64,000 nucleotides of DNA from an uncultured Rivularia sp. (GCA_963665115.1 OY762007.1:2528001-2592000), one strand, 5' to 3'. Shown: positions 52,107 through 63,015, counted from the first letter of the stretch. The notes: generated by a model from the sequence alone, not told the origin. Translations and numbers: made by a program.

Positions 52107-52979
52107 TGTAGCTTTATTAAAAAATCTGCCAGAAAAGTTTTATTTTGGAATGTTGCACGAACAGTATCACCATTATTGTAGTCAATAATAATTTCAAATC
52201 TTTTAAATTCACCAACCGGATTGTCGATATCAACTGATTTTAATCCTGCAAGCGCATCATTAATATTATTAAACTCATAGTTTTGGGCAAATAATGGTGC
52301 TATAATAACTTTTACTATAAATCGTTCAAGGACTGCTTGAAGTTTTTCCATAAAGTTATCTATTTCCTTTTGAGCAATTAACATTATTGCTTGTCGAAGT
52401 ATTTCTTTATCATTACTAGTTAGATTTGTCAGCTTTTGCGAAGCTTTAGAATAGTTTTCGTCAGCAGTATCTTCGTCAAATGCAATATCAAAATCAATAC
52501 TACTAAACGCCTCTACTACATCTTGATATGGTATATAGATAAGCGTAAATCCATTATTTCTTAATTGCTCTAAAGCTGGTTTAGTAAAATCTCCAGCTAA
52601 AACCGCACCGTAGAATGGTGCTGACAAATGGTGAAGTTCAATAATAGGTAAAATAGCACCTTGAATTTCCTGTACTTTATTCTTTGAATGCTTAGTATAT
52701 CTACGCCATGCAGACTCTATAAATGCAATTGGTGTACCAAGTTTGCTATCTGTACCATTCACTTCAATTACAAAATCTAGATCGTGTTTATTTCCGTACT
52801 TATCTATCCAAGTTACTTTTTTGCCACTTCTTGCTGCACGAAAACGTTGCGAATCAAGATAATAGTTTTGAGCTTGAGTAAATTCTAGTAGTCGAGGCTT
52901 AAGAATATCATCAAGGGACAATCTCTTCTGAAAGTTTACCTAAATCTTGCCCAAATTTATGGGATGGTGAACGCGCCAT
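52103..52979 (-). CDS. Putative type II restriction endonuclease; frameshift at about 52916
   Basis: ATG 52979 gives MARSPSHKFGQDLGKLSEEIV, joining LDDILKP after removing one base of GGG at 52915-52917. PD-(D/E)XK-like HDLDFVIE...FIESAWRRYTKHSKNK; directly downstream of the MTase. Confidence 0.7.
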
Positions 52980-52995
52980 AGTTTTATGATTATTT

Positions 52996-54285
52996 TTATC
53001 TTATCCAAAGTCTTCCTTCCTGTAATGGAATATTATGCTTTCTATTTTTCCATTTGATATTGCGTTTCCTAATCTGCTCGAAACTCCAGGAATTAAAACC
53101 TGCTGATAATGCTAATTCACCAAGCCATTTTTGAACGGGAACATATATTCCGTAAGGTGCTGAATCTCCTACTACAAAACATATATTACAGTTATTTGTT
53201 GTTACTCTACGTAATGCATGAAAAACCTTAGCCATATCAATAAAGTAAGCAGCTATCATTGTATGATAAGCTTTATTTCCTCCTTTAGTCTTTCTAATTT
53301 CTTTTAATTGTCTACAGACAGGAGTTAATTCATCGATAATGACTTTAATTATAGGTTCTTCTATCAAAATATCTAAGTCAAACTTTTCTTTAGAAGCGTG
53401 TTGAGAATTTGAACAAATCAGATATTTTCGTACAGCTTCATGTAAATCTCCCCAAGAATTTACTTCACCCCAAAAAGTCATTTCAAGTCGCGTCGCATCA
53501 GCGTAATCATAGTTATTTGCGTAAGGTGGAGAAGTAATAATTAGATCGATAGATTTATCAGGAATATTTTTTAATAATCTAGCATCATCTTGGATAAGAT
53601 TAGCTTGAGATTTTGTTAGACTTTGCATATACTGCATATCTGATTGTATTAATGCAGCTTGATTATCTAAAGCGATAAATGGCTCGCAAGTTTTAGCTTT
53701 GCGTTTATTAGGAAGAACATATTGCCATTGTGCTGTACCTACATAGCTGGATAATCTCAAAATTCCACAGATAGTTAAAAAGGTAAGAGATTGGATATCT
53801 TCTGATAAATTGGGTGCTATTTCATCATAAGCTTGTCTAATTTTAAATAAACTTTTTAACGTATCTTCTGTATAACATTTTGTTAGTAAAGTTGGAATAT
53901 TTTCTGGAAATTTCACTTTAAGATTATTTGCACGATTCTTAATATTATCGATCGCTGCTACAAATTGATCCAAATTAGCAATCCATGCCAGTTTTCCTTT
54001 TGCAATTCTATACACAAACGGATGTGCTTCAATTCCATATGAATTTATAGCTAATTTATCGGCAACAATACAAACAGTACCAGAGCCAAGAAATGGATCG
54101 AGAATGTTTTTAGGCTGTAACTCTTTGATAACTTCTTCCGTCCAATTTGCTGAAAATCCCGCAGAATAACGAAACCAGCGATGGACAGGTAGCTTCATAT
54201 TATCACTAAAAGTTCCAGTTTTTTCTGCAATCAAAGTAGATTGAGGTGAGTAATCAAAAAGCGAAAGTTGTAGGGGCTGAGTCAT
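52996..54285 (-). CDS. Amino-DNA methyltransferase (probably N4-cytosine, alpha order)
   Basis: Motif I LDPFLGSGT at the N-terminus, motif IV ITSPPY downstream; also HRWFRYSAGFS and VVGDS. Confidence 0.9.
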   Translation of the reverse strand: MTQPLQLSLFDYSPQSTLIAEKTGTFSDNMKLPVHRWFRYSAGFSANWTEEVIKELQPKNILDPFLGSGTVCIVADKLAINSYGIEAHPFVYRIAKGKLAWIANLDQFVAAIDNIKNRANNLKVKFPENIPTLLTKCYTEDTLKSLFKIRQAYDEIAPNLSEDIQSLTFLTICGILRLSSYVGTAQWQYVLPNKRKAKTCEPFIALDNQAALIQSDMQYMQSLTKSQANLIQDDARLLKNIPDKSIDLIITSPPYANNYDYADATRLEMTFWGEVNSWGDLHEAVRKYLICSNSQHASKEKFDLDILIEEPIIKVIIDELTPVCRQLKEIRKTKGGNKAYHTMIAAYFIDMAKVFHALRRVTTNNCNICFVVGDSAPYGIYVPVQKWLGELALSAGFNSWSFEQIRKRNIKWKNRKHNIPLQEGRLWIR

Positions 54286-54352
54286 TTTAGTATTTTACTT
54301 ATATATTGCATAATTTTTCTTTCACTCTATTTCTGTTGCTAAAAACTTTGTA

Positions 54353-54445
54353 CTATTTTACTGAATTGAAACTATATTGTTCGATGGCATTCCGTGCGAT
54401 TTCGGTATTGATAATAATTTGTTCTGTTGATAAATCTTTTTTCAT
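54353..54445 (-). pseudogene. 90-bp direct repeat copy 2: truncated 5' end of the phosphotransferase
   Basis: Encodes MKKDLSTEQIIINTEIARNAIEQYSFNSVK followed immediately by TAG. Confidence 0.85.
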
Positions 54446-54686
54446 ATGCTGTGAAAAATTAATTTTAATACCATAAATGGTCAATATTTTGCTCTAACTA
54501 TAGTCTTGTATTCATATTTTTGCTGGTTTGATTTATCTATATTAATCTAAACTTATTCGTAGAGTATTTAAATATAAGATTTGCTAATATTTAGCTTTAC
54601 AAATTGACATTTTACGAATTGAACATTTCAGGTCATGATAATAGGTAATAACACCACCGCACATAATATATTTTTGGATTAAACTA

Positions 54687-56420
54687 ATGGTTCAACTCAC
54701 ACAGTCAACTCAAGCTACAACTAACCCCGGACGTTTAACAGTTGAAACTGTAGAAATTGCTCCTGAAACTACTGCTATTCGCTGTCTTGATTGGGACAGA
54801 GACCGTTTTGATATCGAGTTTGGTTTGCAGAATGGAACAACTTATAATTCTTTCTTAATTCAAGGAGAAAAAATTGCTTTAGTTGATACTTCTCACCGCA
54901 AGTTTGAGGAGTTATATATGGACATAATTACAGGTTTAATTGACGTAAGTAAGATAGACTATTTGATTATTAGCCACACCGAACCAGACCATAGTGGCTT
55001 GGTTAAAAATATTTTAGAATTAGCTCCTGGTATTACAGTTGTTGGTGCTAAAGTAGCGATTCAATTCTTAGAAAATATGGTTCACCAGCCTTTTGAATCA
55101 ATGGTGGTGAAAAGCGGACAGAAGCTAGATTTGGGCAACGGACACGAGTTAGAATTTGTTTCTGCTCCGAACTTACATTGGCCCGATACAATCTTCACTT
55201 ACGACCATAAAACAAATACTCTTTATACCTGTGATGTATTTGGAATGCATTACTGCGATGACCGCACTTACGATGAAAATTTCACCTCAATAGAAGATGA
55301 TTTCAAATATTACTATGACTGTCTGATGGGGCCAAATGCCCGTTCTGTATTATCAGCTTTAAAGCGGATTAATAAATTAGAAATTGGAAAGGTTGCAACG
55401 GGACACGGACCTTTATTACAGCACCATATTTCGGAATGGATTGGACGCTATCAAGATTGGAGTTCGGAACAAGCTAAAAAAGAAAAATTAGTAGCTTTAT
55501 TTTACGTTGAAGATTACGGCTATAGCGAAGAATTAGTTAGAGCCGTAGCATATGGAAGCAATAGAACAGATGTAGCGGTAGAATTAGTAGATCTCAACGA
55601 TACCGAGCTAACTGAAGTCCGAGAAATAGTTTCCCAAGCTGCTGGTTTAGTAATTGGAATGCCTCCACAATCTAATAATGTTGCTCAAGCTGCTTTAAAT
55701 ACTATCTTGGCAGCCGTTCACAATAAGCAAGCAATTGGCTTATTAGAGTCGGGAGGAGGAGAAGACGAACCGATTTATCCCTTACGCAATAAGTTTCAAG
55801 ATTTGGGATTAACCGAAGCCTTTTCTCCAATATTAGTTAAGGAAACTCCCAGCAAAGCTATAGAACAACTTTGCGATGAAGCAGGAACCGATTTAGGACA
55901 ATGGTTGAATCGCGATCGCACCATAAAACAAATCAAAGCCATTGATAACGAGTTAGAAAAATCTTTGGGAAGGATTAGCACCGGGCTTTATATTATCACC
56001 GCCAAAAAAGGAGAAGTTGAAAGCGCAATGCTGGCTTCCTGGGTGACACAAGCAAGCGTTAATCCATTAGGAGTTGCGATCGCAGTTGCCAAAGACAGAG
56101 CAATCGAATCCTTAATGCACGTCGGCGATCGCTTTGTTTTAAACGTTTTAGAGGAAGGCAAATATCAAGGATTAATGAAACATTTCCTCAAGCGTTTTGC
56201 TCCCGGTGCAGATAGATTTGCAGGAGTTAAAACATATCCTGCTGCCACCAACGAATCTCCGATTTTAGCCGAAGCTCTCGCTTACATGGAATGTGAAATT
56301 ACAACCCGTATGGATTGCGGAGATCACTGGGTAATTTACAGCACAGTCCACACCGGAAGAGTTGCCCAAGTAAACGCCTTAACCGCCGTGCATCACCGCA
56401 AAATGGGCAATCATTATTAA
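54687..56420 (+). CDS. flv4: Flavodiiron protein Flv4
   Basis: Canonical HTEPDH diiron motif, LHWPD, flavodoxin and flavin-reductase domains; first gene of a flv-PsiE-flv triad. Confidence 0.85.
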   Translation: MVQLTQSTQATTNPGRLTVETVEIAPETTAIRCLDWDRDRFDIEFGLQNGTTYNSFLIQGEKIALVDTSHRKFEELYMDIITGLIDVSKIDYLIISHTEPDHSGLVKNILELAPGITVVGAKVAIQFLENMVHQPFESMVVKSGQKLDLGNGHELEFVSAPNLHWPDTIFTYDHKTNTLYTCDVFGMHYCDDRTYDENFTSIEDDFKYYYDCLMGPNARSVLSALKRINKLEIGKVATGHGPLLQHHISEWIGRYQDWSSEQAKKEKLVALFYVEDYGYSEELVRAVAYGSNRTDVAVELVDLNDTELTEVREIVSQAAGLVIGMPPQSNNVAQAALNTILAAVHNKQAIGLLESGGGEDEPIYPLRNKFQDLGLTEAFSPILVKETPSKAIEQLCDEAGTDLGQWLNRDRTIKQIKAIDNELEKSLGRISTGLYIITAKKGEVESAMLASWVTQASVNPLGVAIAVAKDRAIESLMHVGDRFVLNVLEEGKYQGLMKHFLKRFAPGADRFAGVKTYPAATNESPILAEALAYMECEITTRMDCGDHWVIYSTVHTGRVAQVNALTAVHHRKMGNHY

Positions 56421-56609
56421 ACAGTGAACAGTTAACAGTTAACAGTGAACAGTGAACAGTTAACAGTGAACAGTTAGGAGTTAGGAGTTAGGAGTAGTTA
56501 TTTCTCCTTGTCTCCCCCTCTCCCCCTCTACCCCCTCTACCCCCTCTTCCCCCTCTTCCCAATCTCCCCATCTTCCCCCTATGCATAAATCTGCGAAACT
56601 ATACCAACC

Positions 56610-57092
56610 ATGTATATGATCAATCGAGAGCGCGTTGTCAAAAGTTTAGAATTTATCCAAGACGCAATTGTAATTTGCCTGTGTATAGGTTTATTTAGCT
56701 TCATGGTGCTTGAAGTGAGAGATATGTTTCTCTCTTTGCTTCCACCTTTAGAGTCTCAAGCTGTTACTGCCGATATTCTGTTTTTGCTGATTTTAGTTGA
56801 GTTATTTAGGCTACTGATAATTTATTTGCAGGAACATCGAGTATCAATTGGGGTAGCTGTTGAAGTTTCTATAGTTTCCGCATTGCGAGAAATTATCGTT
56901 CAGGGTGTACTAGAACTAAGTTGGACTCAAGTTTTAGCAACTTGTGGCTTTTTATTAGTTCTAGGAATACTATTAGTTCTCCGAGTTTGGCTACCCCCTA
57001 CCTTTGATGGTATCGATCCCGAACAAGCAATAACTGAACGCTATAAGAATCGACAAGTTAAATCGGAATTAGTAGAAACTAATGGGCGGTAG
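56610..57092 (+). CDS. Sll0218-like PsiE-family membrane protein
   Basis: Four TM segments with LILVELFRLL and VSALREII; located between the two flv genes. Confidence 0.85.
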   Translation: MYMINRERVVKSLEFIQDAIVICLCIGLFSFMVLEVRDMFLSLLPPLESQAVTADILFLLILVELFRLLIIYLQEHRVSIGVAVEVSIVSALREIIVQGVLELSWTQVLATCGFLLVLGILLVLRVWLPPTFDGIDPEQAITERYKNRQVKSELVETNGR

Positions 57093-57290
57093 GAGTGAGG
57101 AATTAGGGGTAACTAAGGTTAAAGGTTAGGAGTTAGGAGTTAGGAGTTAGGAGTAGTAAGTAGCAAGTAGTAAGTAGTGAGTTAAGAATATATTTCTCCT
57201 TGTCTCCTTGTCTCCCCATCCCCTCTTCCCCCTCTTCCCCCTCTCCCCCCTCTCCAATTACTAAATACCAAATTTAATCCAAAATTGATT

Positions 57291-59025
57291 ATGTCAACTA
57301 CCACAACCACAAACCGTAAAAGAGATGTCCAAGTTGCTGAAATTGGACAAAATACGATGATTTTGCGATCGCGAACTTGGGATCGATTGAAGTTTGAGGT
57401 TGAATATTCCCGTCAAAAGGGAACTACAGCCAATTCTTATCTGATCCAAGCTGATAAAAAAGCTTTAATCGATCCTCCTGGTGAATCTTTTACGGAAATT
57501 TATCTCCAGCAATTAAAGCAGCATCTAGATTTAACTACTTTAGATTACATTATTCTCGGTCATGTTAATCCTAACCGTAGAGCGACTTTGGAAGCATTGC
57601 TACCTCAAGCACCGAACGCTACTTTAATTTGTTCTCGCCCTGCTGCCAATGCCCTCAAAGCGGCTTTTCCTGAGTGGGAATCGCGGATTCAAACCGTGCG
57701 CTCGGAGGATACTTTAGATTTAGGAGGAGGACACAATTTAACATTTGTTACCATACCTACTCCCCGTTGGGCTGATGGGCTTTGTACTTATGACTCTGCG
57801 ACAAATATTCTTTATACAGATAAATTATTTGGCGCTCATATCTGCGAAGATACTTTATCTGATAAAAACTGGAAAAGTTTAGATGCGGAACGTCGTTACT
57901 ATTTTGAATGTCTCCACGCACCCCAAGCCAAACAAGTTGAAGCTATTTTAGAAAAGATTGCGGTTTTCCCTGCAAAAACCTACGCTCCCGGTCATGGTCC
58001 AATTGTTAGTCATAGCCTCAGTAGATTTACTTACGATTACCAGCAATGGTGCCAGAATCAAAAATCTCAAGAATTGAGTGTTGCTTTACTTTATGCTTCC
58101 GCTTACGGAAATACAGCGATTTTAGCCGGGGCGATCGCCAATGGTTTAATAGAGAATGGAGTTAATGTAGAATCGATCAACTGTGAATCGGCAGATACTG
58201 AGGAGATTACCCGGATTGTAGAAGCTTGCGATGGCTTGATTATTGGTTTCACCTACATTAGGTGGGCATGCACCGACTCAAATTCAAACCGCTTTAGGAA
58301 TAATTCTGTCAAAAGCTGCGAAAACTAAATTAGCGGGAGTATTTGGTTCCTATGGTTGGAGTGGGGAAGCAGTTGATTTAATAGAAAACAAATTTAAAGA
58401 TGCCAATTATCGTTTAGGATTTGAATCAATTCGAGTTCGTTTCACTCCTACAGATGAAATTCTGCAACAATGTCAAGAAGCTGGCGCATTATTTGCCGAA
58501 AACTTGAAAAAAGACAAGAAACTGCGTAGCTCCCGTCAAGTTGTCACAGAAACCCATATAGATCGTACCGAGCAAGCAGTAGGGCGGATTATAGGTTCGT
58601 TATCTGTAGTAACGAGTCGCGACGGAGACACTCACAAAGGTGTTTTAACTTCTTGGGTATCTCAAGCCAGCTTTAATCCACCGGGAATAATGATTGCCAT
58701 TGCTGACGAACAAAATGCAGATTTGATATCTAATCTTGACGATAAATTTGTACTAAATATCCTTAAAGAAGGTAGAAATGTCCGCCGATATTTTTCTCGT
58801 CAAAGTACGTTAGGGGATAATCCATTCGTCAATCTTTCCACCAAAACCGCTGACAATGGTTGTCTTGTTCTCACCGAAGCATTATCTTACTTAGAATGCA
58901 CCGTACAAAATAGAATTAAATCTGGTGAAAGATGGTTAATTTATGCCGTAATAGATAACGGTGAAGTCTTAGAAGATGAAGGTTTAACTGCCGTCGAGCA
59001 TCGGAAATCGGGGAGTTATTATTAA
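57291..59025 (+). CDS. flv2: Flavodiiron protein Flv2; frameshift at about 58248
   Basis: Non-canonical HVNPNR site and YASAYGNT. Removing one T of TTT at 58247-58249 restores IIGSPTLGGH. Confidence 0.85.
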
Positions 59026-59074
59026 TTATGTAGAGACGTAGCACTGCTACGTCTTCCGACGTTTGAATTGCTTT

Positions 59075-59330
59075 TCACTTGATAATCCATTTTCGCCAAT
59101 CAACATTACTATCTTCACATGGTTGATATAATTCCGGCTTCCCAGATGCAAGCACTTCGGCGATCGTTTGCATCGATTTAGCTTTACTTGGTATAGAAAA
59201 TTCAGAATTTGGGTTATAGACATCGGGATGATGCCAATTATTTAGTTGAATAATTTGAGCTAATTCAGCCGCATTTAAGCTATACCAACCAACCACTTGT
59301 TCTGTCGTCAAAGCCCAATCTTGATCGTTT
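59075..59330 (-). pseudogene. Internally deleted, 5'-truncated copy of the 62350-63015 gene
   Basis: DWALT.EQVV.WYSLN is fused directly to QIIQLNNWHHPDVYNPNSEFS...VDWRKWIIK. Confidence 0.85.
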
Positions 59331-59341
59331 TACTGAGGAAA

Positions 59342-59416
59342 GTAGTTGATAACGGTAAACTTTTTGAAAACGAAGGTTCAACTGCTGTAGAACATCGTAA
59401 ATCTGGCAGCGATTAA
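59342..59416 (+). pseudogene. Orphan 3' end of an flv2-like gene
   Basis: VVDNGKLFENEGSTAVEHRKSGSD* versus flv2 VIDNGEVLEDEGLTAVEHRKSGSYY*. Confidence 0.8.
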
Positions 59417-59472
59417 GCTGTTGCGTATTCAATTTGTATATGAGAAGCGGGCAAGATGCCCGCACTACAAAA

Positions 59473-59553
59473 GATGGAAAAATTGAACTTGTTGCTCTTG
59501 AAAATAAGCCTTTGAGAAATAAACAAGTTGCTGATTGTAGTGGCTGATATACG
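59473..59553 (+). pseudogene. Orphan 3' end of a filamentous-haemagglutinin-family gene
   Basis: DGKIELVALENKPLRNKQVADCSG* followed by TATACG, versus SGEIELVAKENAPLVNKLVADCSG* followed by TATACG at 62060-62140. Confidence 0.8.
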
Positions 59554-59638
59554 TAAAAATACTGTTTTTTTATGTAATATAAATCTTTGACAAAAATTTG
59601 GGAATTATAGATCCAGGTAGAATGAAATATTGTAAATC

Positions 59639-62134
59639 ATGGCAAAAATTGATTTAGTCTCTGGATTGCTCGGTTTTTTAATCACCTTTGCAGCTTTACC
59701 TGCGACTGCTCAGGTAACATCTGATGGAACGACCAATACAAATATCAACAATAGCAATAGTAACTTTACGATTCTCAACGGCATTCAAAAAGGGAATAAT
59801 TTATTTCATAGCTTCAAAGAATTTTCTATTCCAACAGGTGGTTCGGCAACTTTTAATAATTCTACCGACGTAGTAAATATTATTAACCGAGTCACGGGTG
59901 GAAATATTTCTAATATTGATGGACTAATTAAAGCTAACGGTAGTGCAAATTTATTTTTAATTAATCCTGCGGGAATTGTATTTGGGGAAAATGCAAGGTT
60001 GGATATTGGTGGTTCGTTTTTGGGGACAACTGCTCAGAGTATTTTATTTGAAAATGGATTTGAATTTAGTGCTGTAAATGCACAAACTGAGCCATTGTTA
60101 ACTATAACTATTCCTTTAGGACTACAAATAGGTAGCAATCCAGGAGACATTACTGTTCAAGGAAATGGACATCAGTTAAGCACTGTAAATAGTCTTTCAG
60201 CTTTAGAAACTCGGAATACCAGTTCTGGTTTAAGAGTTAATTCCGGTAATACCCTGGCTTTAGTCGGAGGAAACTTGGTTTTGAACGGTGGTATTGTTAG
60301 CGCTGATGGTGGCAATATTGCACTAGGAGCTGTAGCAAATAGAAATGGTAATCCAGTTCAAGTTAAATTAAATAATGTGGATACATCTTGGACTCTAGAT
60401 TATTTACAAGTAGAGGAATTTAAAGATATTAACCTTACAAAACGTGCCTTAGTAGATGCAAGTGGTGTAAGTAAGGGTTCAATTCACATTCAAGGAGAAA
60501 CTGTTTCTCTCAAACAAGCTTCCCTTATTGCTTTAGAAAATAGAGGAGAGCAAACAGGGGGAGACATTCAAATACAGGCTACCAAATTACTGGAATTCGC
60601 AGATTCTCCTGTTGCAAATGCTTTAGACGGTTTGATGAACGGCGTATTTAATGATACTGCAAGCAATGCTACAGGGGGAGATATCATCATCTCGACAAGC
60701 GAAATATTAATGCAAAATGGAGGTGGTTTAATAGCCAACCGCACATTCACAGAAGGTGCTGGAGGTAGCATTAATGTAGATAGTAAAGACATCACTATAC
60801 TTGGTTCAAGTAGTATGTATGGCGGTACAATCATTACGCGAACATTAGGAGCTGGTAATTCAGGAAATGTTTCCATAAATACGGAACGATTAAAAATACT
60901 TAATCAAGGAAGTATTGCTTCTAGTTCCAGGTCTCCAGGTTCAGCAGGCAACCTTACTATTAATGCTGAAGAAAAAATAGAATTTACTGCTCCCCAATCC
61001 GCTGGTAGGAGTAGTTCAGGTATTAGCTTTTCAGCATTGAGCGAATCAGGTAATGCTGGGAATATAGTTGTTAATACAGGTAAATTAGTTCTACGCGATG
61101 GTATGTTAATTAGTTCTTCTACCTTTGGTAAGGGTAATTCAGGTTCAATTGTCATTAACGCTTCGGAATCTTTTGAAATAGGGGGAACGCGAACCATTAA
61201 TAATCGAGATGGGACTACTACTACCGAAGGTAGTATTGTTCGTTCTGCTGCTATTTTGCTCAATCCATTCGCAAGACGGTTGTATAATTTACCGGATGTA
61301 TTAGGGGGAGATGGAGGCAATATTACAATAAATACACCCCGTCTGAATTTAGAAGACTTGGGTTTAATTACGGTACGCAATGATGGTACTGGGGATGCTG
61401 GCAACATAATTATTAATGCTGAGTCGATTTTTCTCAACAAACAAGGGGAAATTACTGCAAATACATCATCAGGAGAAGGTGGAAATATTAACTTGAATTT
61501 AAAATCAGACTTGATACTGCGAAATAACAGCTTAATTAGTACGGAAGCATTAAGTACGGGTGATGGGGGTAATATCACGATTAATTCTCCTGCAATAGTC
61601 GGAGTAGAAAATAGCGATATTGTTGCCAATGCTTTTGAAGGAAATGGCGGTAAGATTGACATTACAACTCAAGGTATTTTCGGTTTAGAATTTCGCAACG
61701 AACTAACCGATGAAAGCGATATTACTGCGAGTTCTCAATTTGGTATTAACGGTACAGTAGAAATAAATAATTTGAGTATTGATCCCAGTTCTGGTTTAGT
61801 AGAATTACCCGCAAAACTAGCAGATTCATCACAAAAAATCGCTAGTGGATGTTCTAGTAATACCAATAGTACTTTTGTTGCCACCGGAAGGGGTGGAGTA
61901 CCGCAAAACCCCAAGGAACAGATTGATATAAATCCTGCTTGGTCGGATATTCGTGACTTATCAGCATATCGTCAAAAAAGAAATAATAGTAGTGTTAAAA
62001 ATACACAAATATCAAATCAACCAGCTATTGTAGAAGCTACTGGTTTTGTCCGTAATGCTTCAGGAGAAATTGAACTAGTTGCTAAGGAAAATGCACCTTT
62101 AGTAAATAAACTAGTTGCTGATTGTAGTGGCTGA
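59639..62134 (+). CDS. Filamentous haemagglutinin N-terminal domain (TpsA-like) exoprotein
   Basis: Signal peptide, NLFHSF, RVTGG, NLFLINPAG, G-x-G-G-N-I-x-I repeats and C-terminal TGRGGVP.NP. Confidence 0.92.
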   Translation: MAKIDLVSGLLGFLITFAALPATAQVTSDGTTNTNINNSNSNFTILNGIQKGNNLFHSFKEFSIPTGGSATFNNSTDVVNIINRVTGGNISNIDGLIKANGSANLFLINPAGIVFGENARLDIGGSFLGTTAQSILFENGFEFSAVNAQTEPLLTITIPLGLQIGSNPGDITVQGNGHQLSTVNSLSALETRNTSSGLRVNSGNTLALVGGNLVLNGGIVSADGGNIALGAVANRNGNPVQVKLNNVDTSWTLDYLQVEEFKDINLTKRALVDASGVSKGSIHIQGETVSLKQASLIALENRGEQTGGDIQIQATKLLEFADSPVANALDGLMNGVFNDTASNATGGDIIISTSEILMQNGGGLIANRTFTEGAGGSINVDSKDITILGSSSMYGGTIITRTLGAGNSGNVSINTERLKILNQGSIASSSRSPGSAGNLTINAEEKIEFTAPQSAGRSSSGISFSALSESGNAGNIVVNTGKLVLRDGMLISSSTFGKGNSGSIVINASESFEIGGTRTINNRDGTTTTEGSIVRSAAILLNPFARRLYNLPDVLGGDGGNITINTPRLNLEDLGLITVRNDGTGDAGNIIINAESIFLNKQGEITANTSSGEGGNINLNLKSDLILRNNSLISTEALSTGDGGNITINSPAIVGVENSDIVANAFEGNGGKIDITTQGIFGLEFRNELTDESDITASSQFGINGTVEINNLSIDPSSGLVELPAKLADSSQKIASGCSSNTNSTFVATGRGGVPQNPKEQIDINPAWSDIRDLSAYRQKRNNSSVKNTQISNQPAIVEATGFVRNASGEIELVAKENAPLVNKLVADCSG

Positions 62135-62165
62135 TATACGTTCAGGTAGTATTTTTAATATACAT

Positions 62166-62273
62166 AGGACTTACGCAAAAGGAACGAAATTACGTCATTA
62201 TTAGCTGCGCGAAGTAATCTCTCCAGAAGCTGAGAGTTCTGGTCGCAATGACAATTTCAGATGCGTAAGTCCT
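62166..62273. mobile_element. MITE-like element with AGGACTTACGCA terminal inverted repeats
   Basis: Same termini as 8754-8865; core similar to 8552-8627. Confidence 0.7.
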
Positions 62274-62349
62274 GATACAGGTTAAAAAGGTGATAAATTG
62301 AGAAAGTATGAATCCAGAAAATACAGACAAATTAATATCTCAATAATTT

Positions 62350-63015
62350 TCACTTGATAATCCATTTTCGCCAATCAACATTACTATCTTCACATGGTTG
62401 ATATAATTCCGGTTTACCAGATGCAAGCACCTCAGCAATCGCTTGCATAGATTTAATTCGACTCGGCAGAGAAAATTCCGAATTAGGGTTATAAACGTCG
62501 GGATGATGCCAATTATCAAGTTGAATAATTTGACCTAATACAGCCGGTACTATTTCTCTTAATTCTGTTTCAGGTGCTAAAATTTTCTCCCGATATCTAT
62601 CCGTAAGATAAACCATCAAGTCAAAATCAATATAATCCGACAGATGAGGATTTCTGTCAATTTCACTTGAATTAATCATAAATTGTTCTTCCCGAATCGT
62701 TACTGATATAGATTCGGGAATTTCATCATCTTCTTCTAATTCATTCAATGGATATTTAACCGGATAATAAGTAACAAAAGGTTCGTTTATCAAAATACGG
62801 CTTCCAAATGCAGAAATCATCAGCACTGGTTCAACGCCATTTAAACTATACCAACTAACAACTTGTTCTATAGTCAAAGCCCAATCTTCATCGTTTCTGA
62901 ATCCGGTTAGACGAGCAGTGACCATATCGTAATTCATATTATCAAAACCAGGAAAATCCAATTTCCCTGCTGCTTTGTCCAGACAGTTGAGAATATTATC
63001 TGTAGTAATTGTCAT
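62350..63015 (-). CDS. Acidic hypothetical protein (DUF7003-like)
   Basis: FPGFDN, ARLTGFR...WALTIE, LDNWHHPD and NVDWRKW. Confidence 0.65.
   Translation of the reverse strand: MTITTDNILNCLDKAAGKLDFPGFDNMNYDMVTARLTGFRNDEDWALTIEQVVSWYSLNGVEPVLMISAFGSRILINEPFVTYYPVKYPLNELEEDDEIPESISVTIREEQFMINSSEIDRNPHLSDYIDFDLMVYLTDRYREKILAPETELREIVPAVLGQIIQLDNWHHPDVYNPNSEFSLPSRIKSMQAIAEVLASGKPELYQPCEDSNVDWRKWIIK

Noticed and set aside
54495..54545. Possible NdhR/LysR box upstream of flv4
   Set aside because: Only a degenerate ATAG-N8-TCAT in very AT-rich DNA, which is not distinguishable from chance.
59075..59553. DGR template/variable repeat explanation for the duplicated 3' ends
   Set aside because: Mismatches are not adenine-specific and no reverse transcriptase gene is present.
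60904..61662. 252-aa antisense ORF (also 60568..60876)
   Set aside because: Antisense shadow of the Gly/Asn/Ile-rich FHA repeats, with no independent coding signal.
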